A DNA stretch of 64,000 bases from Flaccisagitta enflata (taxonomy: Eukaryota). Shown piece after piece: positions 12,397 to 39,662 of this stretch. The position numbers and the translations under genes are program-made. The stretch covers positions 9,300,001-9,364,000 of the forward strand of contig OZ231126.1 in NCBI GenBank assembly GCA_965153355.1. The letters are read 5' to 3'. Under the pieces are notes generated by a model. It was given only the letters and a program-made list of their open reading frames with translations, had not been told where the DNA came from and searched no databases. The stretch's first letter is position 1; each line of letters opens with the position of its first letter.

Positions 12397-12756
12397 GCAA
12401 TCAGTAATTTTTCTGTTTCTTTCTTAGCAAGCTCAGCATGAACACATTTAAGAATTTTCTGTTTAGCATGAACGCGATTTTTGTTCAGCATGGACACATC
12501 CAAGAATTTTGGATTTAGGGTGAACACATTCAAGAATTTCTGATTTGGTGTGAACACACTCAATGATTTTTGTTTAGTATGAACGCATCCAGGAATTTTG
12601 GATTTAGTGTGAACACACCCGTCATTTCTTTGTCAGTAATAAGGCCAAAAACAAAATGTGCGTCACGCAGACCGTCGAGATACCTACTGACGGACCGACC
12701 GACAGAGCCTCTTTTTTTGATGTGCGTTGGCGCACATAGAAACTTAAATGGCACAA

Positions 12757-13066
12757 GATTGGTGCAGTAGAAAACACTCACACTGCTTTAAACTTGGCAA
12801 AAGATTGGCGCAGTAGAAAACACTCACACTGCTTTAAACTTGGCAAAAGATTGGCGCAGTAGAAAACACTCACACTGCTTTAAACTTGGCAAAAGATTGG
12901 CGCAGTAGAAAACACTCACACTGCTTTAAACTTGGCAAAAGATTGGCGCAGTAGAAAACACTCACACTGCTTTAAACTTGGCAAAAGATTGGCGCAGTAG
13001 AAAACACTCACACTGCTTTAAACTTGGCAAAGGATTGGCGCAGTAGAAAACACTCACACTGCTTTA
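12757..13066. repeat. 46-bp tandem repeat (~7 copies) in the BEL 5' leader
   Basis: GATTGGCGCAGTAGAAAACACTCACACTGCTTTAAACTTGGCAAAA at 12757, 12803, 12849, 12895, 12941, 12987, 13033. Confidence 0.95.
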
Positions 13067-13884
13067 AAGGCCAAAAGACAAAATGTGCGTCACGCGGACC
13101 GTTGAGTTACCTACCAACGGACCGATGGACAGAGCCTCTTCTTGATGTGCGTTGGCGCACATAAAAACTGAAATGGCACTATATTGAAGATCAAACGCTT
13201 CTGCTAGTGTATAATGCTGAAAAAGGCGTGCAATATAGTGATGTGTCCCAAAACCGATGTCTTGATACTCCCCAGCTGGAGGATATCGGTGCCTAGAGAT
13301 TGGCACCAGGTGATCGGCGCCTGGATATCGGCGCCTAGGGATCGGCGTAATGATTCAAACAATCAACGCCTAAAGATGATTCTACCCTTTTTTTTTTTTT
13401 TTGAATCACGTTTTTGGTTGCAGACACGCAAACCACTTTTTAGTCGCATACAAGCGATTTGACTTTTTTAGTCGCGCACAAGCGACTCAACTTGGTTGTG
13501 TCGGATAATCTGTGAAATACTTTACTTTTTTCTGTTTTACTGTATGGCACTGCCTAGCCTTAAGTTAACCATTACTTAAGTGGAGATGCTCAAATCATGT
13601 AACAAACTTTTTGTTACCAATTGGTATGGACTGATATGGATTGATATTGCTGATATGGATTGATATCGCTTTTTTCCGCACCTACTAGCGGAGTAATCAG
13701 TCGCCACAATCCGGCTTGTTTGCCGGACCGGATTTCGGCGACTGCGACGTTTTTCTGCTACAAAAGGAAAAACTTGGTAGTTGAGTTTAAGCAATGTTTT
13801 CCTGCTACTAAAAAAAAAAGCTTGGTAGTTAGGTTTAAGCGACGTTTTCCTGCTATTAAATAAAAGGCTTGGTAGTTGAGTTTA

Positions 13885-13894
13885 AGGGACGCCA
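13885..13894 (-). promoter_or_regulatory. Primer binding site TGGCGTCCCT
   Basis: Abuts the 5' LTR on the - strand; complementary to a tRNA 3' end ...AGGGACG-CCA, as I recall for eukaryotic tRNA-Asn. Confidence 0.65.
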
Positions 13895-14977
13895 TGAAGA
13901 AATTCCATGAGGGGAAATCCTGATTTTCAACCGAATCCCAATTTTCAATCAATATTAGAGAGTTTGATGAATAATCCGGTTGATGGGATAAAATGATGTC
14001 AATGTAGATTCATTTGTTATTTATTGTTTCAAAAGATGATAGAAAATGGAGATAAAGTTTTAAAATCGTCTATCTTTTTATATTTCTATTATCTTGAAAT
14101 CAACCCCAAGTATCGATGGATGTAAACAAATAAGCGTGTTTTATAATCTGGGATCTTGACCTTTAAGATCCTGGACTATAATTTCATGATTCGACCCAAT
14201 CTATCTTTGTTATCTTAAAGACAGAATCTGATCTAACCATTCAGCATTTGTTTCAATCTTTAAGTCGCGTTTATAACAGAAAGTAAAATGCAAACACAAA
14301 TTGCCCTTTCTGATTGGTTTTATTTTTATGTACAACCAGTTAATTTCACGGCAATTATTTCAGAGAAATTCAGAATGAGAAAATATCATTTCAGAGAATT
14401 TCCACTACAAATTTGACAGAAGTGAATTGTGAATAAAATCTGAATTGACAGAGAGAAAGAAAAGCGTGACAAAAAGGGGATGAAGAGGAAGGGTTTCTTT
14501 CTCTCTACAATAAGGATATCATTATCCAATAGTACAATTATTTACTTATTACAACCAATAAGATCTGCATATAAAAATACGGAAATTGTAAGAGAGGCGC
14601 AGAAACTAAAGGATGAGAAAGATGAAGAAGAAGTTTCCTCCCTTCTCTTACATTGAGGATATTGATATCCAATCATAATTATGATATTACTGTGACACTT
14701 ATTTTCAACCAATAAGCTTTTCTTAGACTGCAATGTGAATCTCGGGACCGGAACACAGAAAATCATACTCTTAATTCTAAAGTTGAGAACTCTCCTTCTT
14801 TAGCAAAAAAGAAGAACAAGAAAATGCAGTTCTCAAAACATTCCACAATGTTATAGGCGACTAAAGTACAATTATGAGAGGAAATATGAAAGTGAATGGC
14901 AGTTTTCGACATAGGCAAGAGCCTTGCTGATCCATTCTCACCAAATAAGTCAATGATGCAAATGCACATTTTTTAAA
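13895..14977 (-). repeat. 5' LTR of BEL/Pao element (1083 bp)
   Basis: Direct repeat of 5539-6623; outer terminus mutated (TGT to TTT on the - strand). Confidence 0.95.
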
Positions 14978-15861
14978 CCATTTAACCAACGCGGAAATAT
15001 GTTGAAAAAATTACTTTTTCCAAGTGTCAGGCAAATTTGAGGACGGGAACCATCGTTAGAAGCTTATTCAATTTCTGTGATGATCAGTGGTAGGAGTGCA
15101 TATGCATGCGACTGTGTGCGCATTTGGCGCATAATCGACCTAAATAGGTCAAACAAGGCCGATACACTTGGGTGCTTCATATAGCAAAAGTTTGGAGTAT
15201 ACCTTCACCCTACTAAGGTAATATGGAAAAGCAAAAATTATGAAGATAACCGTTTTCCTTTTTTTGAAATTCTATCATCTTCCATTTTTGTTTTGGCCAT
15301 AAAGTTTCAACAGAAATCCCAAAAACCAGCAAAATCCTGTGTAGTTTTGTTACAAAAAGAACCATTATTTGATTTAAAAAATCATGGTATTTGTGAGATA
15401 AGACAAAAATATCAAAATATAAATTGTATAAAAGCTTACCTAAGAAGCAAATCAACAATTTTATAAAAAGAAGAAATCGGTTTTAGCTATTTCAATGATT
15501 GTTAGGCTAATGATTTATCCCACTGCATTATGAAAATTAAGTCCTCAAAATAAAATTTCTAATTGGGGAAAAAAGTCAACATATTCGAGAGAAACAGGGT
15601 TTTCATTTTCTTATGAGGAAGTTGAGGCTCTCCTACGGGCGATTGGGGCCTCCAATGAAATTGATAGGGTAAGTAAATTTGATAATTCTCTTTCATTTGG
15701 CGCCAAGCAGAATGCTGTCCGACAAATATTTTTGGCGCTATGATTTTTTAAAGATTTATTTACAAAAAATTCGAATGGAATTTTTTTTTTTTACGATTTT
15801 GTGTTTGATCAATAAAGGAGTGTATTTATGTTTACTTGAGCATGCAAATACAAGAAAATAT

Positions 15862-17029
15862 CAGGCCTGTATATAGTTGCATATTCCCCCCCCCCGGCAG
15901 GGGGGGGAATAAAATCAAAGGTTTTGGAAATGGGGAAGAAAATCAAAGGGTAGAAAAACCCAAAACCGAAAAATATAGAAGATATTATACTTTTGGCAGT
16001 ACTAAAATGTAATACCAGTAATGGCGGCTGTCGCCGTGAGGAAAAAAGTCGTAAGCGTTGTTCACTTTTCACCAAGCTTTTGTCTTCAGTCACCGCAACT
16101 CTTTTTATTTGTTAGATCAAATTGAGAGCAATTGTATGTATTGGTTACACTGAAAATCAGAGAAAAATAGGACTGAGTCAAATAAGCTAGATGAGCTAAG
16201 ATATTCAAAATCACTAAACTAAACAACCAGCTATGCTTACTGACATGCTTTCTTGTATTTGCATGCTTAAATCATAACATTTATTTATCTGTTTTAAAAT
16301 CAGAAAAAAAAGCAAGCTAAATGAGCTAAATAAGCTAAACAAGCTAGAATACTCAAAAACACCCTCACAGATGAGCAACTCTGCTCACTGACATGCTTTC
16401 TTCTATTTGCATATTCAAACATGTATCAAAACATTTATTCATTTATCGCATTTTAAATCAGAAAAACAGACTAAGCTAAATGAGCTAAATGAGCAAAAAT
16501 TCTCAAAAACACCCTCACAGATGAGCAGATATGCTCATAAACATGTTTTCTTGTATTTGCATGCTCAAACAAACATAAATACACTCCTTTTTTGATCGTA
16601 CTCAAAATCATAAAAAATCAAAAAAAAATTCAATTTGCAATTTTCATAAATAAATCTTTAAAAATTCATAGCGCAAAAAATATTTGTCGTAGAGCATTCT
16701 GCTTGGTGCCAAATGAAAGAGAATTATCAAATTTACTTACCCTATCAATTTCATTGGAGGCCTCAATCGGTCGGTGGAGATTCCCAACTTCCTCATAAGA
16801 AAATGAAAACCCTGTTTCTCTCGAATATGTCAAAAAGTCGAAGACTAACTTCGACTTTTTTCCCGATTAAGTCACCACAACACTATTTAATACTATTCAA
16901 ACCAAAATATTACTATATAGGGGGTATATGGGGAAGAAAAACAAATGTATTTCGACCCCGCGGGGAAGAAAATCAAAGGACCAGGGGGGGGGAAAGAAAT
17001 CAAAGGTCGTGCAACTATATACACCCCTG
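15862..17029. mobile_element. CAGG-TIR MITE (hAT/MULE-like)
   Basis: TIR CAGGCCTGTATATAGTTGCA / TGCAACTATATACACCCCTG; 8-bp TSD GAAAATAT. Confidence 0.85.
16013..16870 (+). mobile_element. Non-autonomous Helitron-like element
   Basis: 5' TACCAGTAATGGCGGC; 3' hairpin AAAAAGTCGAAG-ACTAA-CTTCGACTTTTT close to the end; no TIR. Confidence 0.65.
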
Positions 17030-18261
17030 GAAAATATGTTTATGAGCACAGCTGCTCATCTGTGAGGGTATTTTTGAGCATTTCAGCTCATTTAGCTCAC
17101 TTAGCTCAGTCTGTTCTTTCTGATTTCAAATATGATAAATGAATGAATATTTTCAAACTTGTTTAAGCAAGCAAATAAACAAGGCCAAGTTATGGCCAAT
17201 AAGTGCGCCTCGCTTGATTAAGAATTCGTGGATGAACGTTTTGAATGAATGAATGAATGAATGAATGAATGAATGAATGAATGAATAAAAGAATGAAAAT
17301 GAGCGTGGTGAGGCATGAGAAGTGATAGTAATGAAGAACTGGCTGTTTTGAGCGATTGAAACGATTGCGTTACCAACCGACCGACCGACCGACCAACCGA
17401 CCGACCAACCAACCAACGGACATGACCTCTTATAGAAGTGCGAGGACGCACTTAAAAAACATGTCAGTGAGCAGAGCTGCTCATCTGTGAGGGCGTTTTC
17501 AAGTATCCTAGCTCATTTAGCTTATTTAGCTTGCGCTTTTTCTCTGATTTTAAACCGGATATACAAATTAATGTTTTGATTTTAGCATGCAAATACAAGA
17601 AAGCATGTCAGTGAGCAAAACTGGTTGTCTGGTTGAATCATTTTGATTATTTTAGCTCATCTAGCTAATTTGGCTCAGTCCTATTTTTCTCTGACTTTCA
17701 GTGCAGTCTATACATACAATTGCTTTTGATTTGATCTAAAAAAATTTCAGTGACTGAAGATAGTGAAAAGTGACGGATGCTTACGACTTTTTTCCTCACG
17801 GCGACAGCCGCCATTACTGGTAAACGAAAGATGAATGATTTTATATTAAAAAAAAAATGGTAAGGGTCCCAAATTGGCCACTCCATATTAGGTAAAGAGG
17901 GTGAAAAGAAATAACCAACCTTTGCTATATGACGCACCCAACCGGAACACGGCCAACAGTTGCGGACGGGTGGGCAGGGTCAGAAATGCGCGTTTTCACA
18001 CTTTCCAACTCGATCATTACGGACCAACGGACCGACGGACCAACGGATGGACAAAGCCTCTTATAGAGTTGCGTGTCCGCAACTAAGAATAAAAGTTTGT
18101 AGGTATGGGATCTTAAGATGAGTGTTATCCTCTCTATAGCTTCTTAAAATGCTTCAAAGTGTTCCTAACGAAGATTCCCGTTGCCACAGCAGTCTGAAAT
18201 TTTGCCTGAGACGGGTTAACTTTGGGGGCGCTTTGAGTGACATACTGTGTATAGTTGCATA

Positions 18262-18743
18262 CACTTTTTTTTCATCAGAACGTCACTTTTTGGGCAAGCC
18301 TTCAATGTTTTTAAATTGTGGGCAGTTTCAGTGCCTAAATGTTCTCGATGTATATACAGTTTTTAACCTATAATAAAGAACGTTCTTAATTGGTTTGAAT
18401 TTGTCTTCTAGGATAAAATAAATTAAAATGCCAATGAAACGACAAAGCAGCAGGTTAAAACATTATAAATGAATATCAGAATGAATATTAAAATGAGAAC
18501 AATGAAAACGCTGTAAAAATAAAAAGTTTTACATAATTATGTTTAGGTTTATTATCATCATTGAAAAAAAAGAAGTTTCTAATAAACTTTTAGCATGTTG
18601 TTAGATTTTTGAAGATTTTAAGCCTGATGTTCTTAAATTTTTGAAGAAATGAAGCCTTTCAATGTTTTTAACATGTTCTTTAATTTTTTAGGATTTTACG
18701 CGTTACGATCTTATAAACTTGGTTCTTATAAGAGAAATAAGTA
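18262..18743. mobile_element. TA-flanked MITE (CACTTTTTTT family)
   Basis: Interrupts the CAGG MITE at a TA; second family member at 19144-19573. Confidence 0.65.
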
Positions 18744-19143
18744 TATTCCCCTCCCCTCCCGGCAAGGGGGGGAATAAAATCAAAGGATTTGGAAATGGGG
18801 AAGGAAATCAAAGGGTAGAAAAACCACAAGGAGAAAAATATAGAAGATATTACAGCTTTTGCAGTACTTAAAAGTAATAGTAAGTCACCACAACACTATT
18901 TTATACTGTGTAAACCAGAATATTACTATATAGGGGGTATATGGGGAAGAAAATCACATGAGGTTTGACCACGCGGTGTAGAAAATCAAAGGACCAGGGG
19001 GGGGGGGCGAGAGAAAGCAAAGGTGTTGCAACTACATACACCCCTGAGTAAATTTCATTTATTTTGGGTACATTTTTATCGCTCACATTCTAAGAATTAC
19101 ATTTAAAAAGTTGTATCACGAAAGGACTGAGAATTGATTACTA

Positions 19144-19573
19144 CACTTTTTTTTTATAAGAACCTAGTTTATAAGAACATCAAGGCTTCGAAATGCCCCA
19201 AAATTAAGAACATCTTAAGAACATATGAAGGCTTCAAATTAGGAAAAAAATGTTTTCGCTTATGGTAATACTTAATAAGTATCTTAAAAATGCTTGAATT
19301 TGAGTGTATTTACAGTAATATTCTTCAATTTTGAATATATATACTACAGATGTCTCGAGACTTTATGATTAAACATTAATCTTAGTTGTTATTTGTTAAA
19401 ATATATCAAGTATTATCAAGTTATTGTAAACTAAAGTGTTTCTTATAGTTTCTATAATAATAAATAGTATTTGAAATTAAGAACACTCTAAGAACGTTGG
19501 AGGCTTCATTTAGCTTCCAAAAAAAGAACATGAAGCCTTCGAAAAAAAATGATGTTCTTGTAAAAAAAAAGTG
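19144..19573. mobile_element. TA-flanked MITE (CACTTTTTTT family)
   Basis: TA|CACTTTTTTTTTATAAGAAC ... GTTCTTGTAAAAAAAAAGTG|TA. Confidence 0.75.
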
Positions 19574-19706
19574 TAATGACTGTCTTGCTGTGTATCCAGC
19601 CTTGTTTCTTTCAAGATCACAGACTCTTTTAATTTTAGGTCTGGTCTCTCCGTCAGTCCATTAGGCCTCCGTGGTTGCGCAAGCGGTGGTTTTGGTCTTC
19701 ATTGTG

Positions 19707-19716
19707 ATATATATAA
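19707..19716 (+). promoter_or_regulatory. Candidate TATA box of the MACPF gene
   Basis: ATATATATAA about 40-50 bp upstream of the exon 1 ATG. Confidence 0.35.
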
Positions 19717-19756
19717 TTGTCATGTCATCCACACATTAACAGGCGCTGCTAAGACA

Positions 19757-36293
<16,537 letters not shown>

Positions 36294-36524
36294 ATGAATT
36301 AACTTCAACAACACATGACAACTCCAGTTGCCCTAGGAGTAGGGACACTATCCTTCATTATAATTTTTACTTTCATAAGCGTAAAAGCGGTATAAGCGGT
36401 CTTCATTTCTGGATAACCTTCGATCACCTCATAAACTTATCATTGGTAAGTGGGGAGGCTGGTTGCAGTGAGCCAAGGAATGAAACTGAAACTCGATTTT
36501 CTAATTATGAAAACACGCTGTAGC

Positions 36525-36573
<49 letters not shown>

Positions 36574-39500
36574 TTTGTGTCGGTGTGTGTGTGTGCTGGG
36601 CTGTTCGAGCCTGCCCACCCGTCCGCGACGATATTGTAACCCGAGTTACGTTTTCTTTTTTTCTGTCCAGGATTAAAGGTGGATTACTCAATTAACTTAT
36701 TTCAATCAATTACGTGGTGCCTCAACTGATAGACTCTTGATAAAGCCACCTGTGATTTTGGATAATCGATTTTACTATGATTTTACTGAATGTAATGAAT
36801 TCGTTTTACATGTATTTTTAGCACTTTACTAATCGTTTTTGGAATAAGATAAATGGAACTTTGCAAACTGCTCTTAATAGTTCTCAGTACTATCTTCACA
36901 ACAAAAATCTTCCCACCTGATATCTACCATCAACTTTGGAAGAGTGCTGCCCGTAAACAAATAAAGCTATGACAACCAGATTGGTCCTATTTGAAAGAGT
37001 TGTTTTAATTCATTTAAATGGGACCAATCTGGGGTCAGTAGCTTTGTTTGTTTAGAAGCAGCACATTTTCAAAGTATATGCTTGTTTTGAGGTGGGAAGA
37101 TTTTATTTGTGAAGATAGTATGTACAGAAACGACAATTTGACGTGGACAATGAGAGTTATTCGTAAGATGCTTGCACTTGATGGGGAGCGAAATTATATC
37201 TATTAAGGTCATTTTTTGCTTCATCAAAGGTCGTCTGTTAGTAGGTCTGTCACGCATTCACGATCCTACGGGTTAAAGTTTTGACCTCCACTGCTTTGAG
37301 ATTTGCGAATTTACACTCGCTCATTTGAACACAGATTCGCAACTGACGGTCAATCTCATGTGCTCAAGCATTCTCAAATGCAATGGTTCGTCAACTCGTC
37401 CCTGAATCTGCGGTGGTCATTTGTTTTCTTAGCCAGAAAGGAGCTTGCAAATGCGTTTCTATGACTCCTACCGACTTCATCGAAACAAAGAATATTCCTG
37501 CATTCAGGTTCCCGGGGGGAAACTTGTCCAGTCAACATTTTTCTCGTCAATGTGGTACTATCTCTTTTATCTCTTTTTTCTCCGTAGAACATTCTCGCAT
37601 TTCGTTCAAGAGGTTATTCAGTTGCGTGCACACGTCTGTCGGACGGTCGGTTCATTGGCGTCTACAGGCATGTTTTTGCATTGCTGCCCCTGCCCATCCG
37701 CACACCACTTGGTTCGCTGTGTATCCGTCTCTGATCATTTACCAGAGTCGCTTGCCGGTGGGGAATGGTGGTGATTAAAAAGGCTAATCAAGTGTTTGTC
37801 CAAGAGCAGTATTGCAAAAACCGCTCGTTGACGCCCTAACACCCCTGACATAATTAGGCGAACTGGGATCATATGCCCTAGAAGGTGAAATATTGGCCAA
37901 AGCTCTTCAAGACTTGACATAGAGATAGCTAAAATGTCATATTTTAACATAGTAGACCAACATACGGGGATTATTCACTGGTAGAAGGATGAGGAGGTGA
38001 TAAGTCAGAAATGGCAAATCGGATTGTGACGGATTTTCCCAGAAATATTTTTACAAAAAGATGGCACAACCCTACAGCTGTTTTTCGCGGCCTATACTGA
38101 AGTTTTTTGGCCTTTGATGGCTAAAAACTCATTCTGTAGATGAAATAAAGAGAGGAGGTCAAAGAAATGGGCAGGGGCAGCCCTTGATGCTATAAAAAAG
38201 AAACTTGGTAATAATGGACAAAGTGGAACTGTCTTTTATCAGAGAATGGCTACAAAATAGGATCTCAACTTATTCGTTTTGGTAATTTTGGCTGAACTTG
38301 GACGGAATTTACCTTAGTCCATATGTACATATCCCAAAGTACCAATTCAATCACTTTGTCAGGCTCAAATAAATGAAATTCAACCCTAGTTCGCCTAATT
38401 TTGTCAGGGGTGTTGAAACGCTGAAACAGGTCGCCTAAGGGCAGTATGTGGTCAGCGATACCCCTTGCCCTGCTTTGCATGGTTGTTAATAGGAATGAGA
38501 GGAAGGAGGGCAGTCCTGTAGAACACAGAGGTACTTTTGTTTGTCTGTCCGTCCGTCCATCCGTCGGTCAGGCCTGAGAGGGCAGAATCAAAGCCTGAGA
38601 GGGCAGATTTCAGGCCTGAGAGGACAGGTTTCAGGTTTGAGAAGGTAGATTTTAGGTCTTAGAGGGCAGATTAAAGGCCTGAGAGGGCAGATTCAAGGCC
38701 TAAGAGGGCAGGTTTCAGGCTTGAGAGGGTAGATTTTAGGACTTAAAGCGCAAATTTCAGGCCTGAGAGGGCCTGGGGGGATCAATGGATGGACAGACGG
38801 ACGGACGGACGAACAGGTCTCCCCATGTGTTCTACAGGACTTCGTCCCCTTCGGGGCCGCTGCCCAAAAACCGACGGGCCGACCGACGGACAGCAGGTTA
38901 AAAAGTTGCGTACATACGACTAAGAATCGATGGTACAGAACGGTTTTTTATTTTTGAGCTATAACACTTTGAACCAACTGACCAGCGGACAGGTCGACTG
39001 ACCGTAACAGTTTAGTCGTGGCTCCGTGAAAAGTTCAGTGAATGTTGAAGCCTGAGTTTCAGTTTATAAGCCCAAAGTCTCAGGCATATCCTAAGTGAAG
39101 CATGAACCCATGAGGGACAAATATTTATTCCTGGCATAAAACAAGGACTTGCCTTAGTGTTGGGAACATTTACAAGGACATGCAAATTTGTCACCCAGTA
39201 TCATCTCGTCACAGCATTATCTTCCACGGCATCATGCTAATTAGGGCCATAGGGAGGGTTGCTGGAAGTCGGAAGATCATGGCATCAATTTCTGGAGAAA
39301 GTAAAGATGGTGATGGCCTTGAAACTAGTCTCTATGCCTCAGATGAGAGAAAATTCAAAACATTTGCTTGTGCTAATTGTGAAACATCCGACGTGGCCAA
39401 CCGTCGCATGACTATGTTCCTCGGTATGATGACAGTGAGATTTCCTATACGGCGCCTATCACACTCTCATTCAGGTTAAAACCATATACATATCGCCGTT

Positions 39501-39662
39501 TTAAACTTTCACGAACACACTAATCGCGCGAAATTCAGAACCTTCGTACACGTTATATCTGTGGAAGTGGCTTCACGAGTTAAGAATGCGCTTTGTGATT
39601 TTGGAAGGCGCTTTGTGATTTTGGTAGGCGCTTTGTGATAAGTCAAACTTCACCTTTTTGTG

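Larger units (their letters stand above)
5539..14977 (-). mobile_element. Full-length BEL/Pao LTR retrotransposon
   Basis: LTRs 5539-6623 and 13895-14977; 5-bp TSD CCATT at 5534-5538 and 14978-14982; PBS and PPT-like site present; single gag-pol ORF. Confidence 0.96.
15559..17821 (-). mobile_element. Non-autonomous Helitron-like element (TACCAGTAATGGCGGC family), interrupted
   Basis: Inverted copy of 16013-16870 and 40560-45375; ends ...CCCAATTAG on the - strand. Confidence 0.65.
5489..18247. mobile_element. TIR element hosting the BEL retrotransposon
   Basis: GTCACTCAAAGCGCCCCCAATGTTAACC (~5495-5522) is inverted at ~18214-18241 (GGTTAACTTTGGGGGCGCTTTGAGTGAC). Confidence 0.7.
5479..19046. 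mobile_element. CAGG-TIR MITE expanded to 13.6 kb by nested insertions
   Basis: CAGGCCTG at 5479 and TGCAACTACATACACCCCTG ending 19046; AGTAAATTT duplicated at 5470-5478 and 19047-19055; body matches the copy at 15862-17029. Confidence 0.8.

Noticed and set aside
37780-39480. Possible decayed Cys-rich transposase fragments on the - strand (e.g. CPCKC, GCPCP)
   Set aside because: Too fragmented by stops and frameshifts to assign without a profile search
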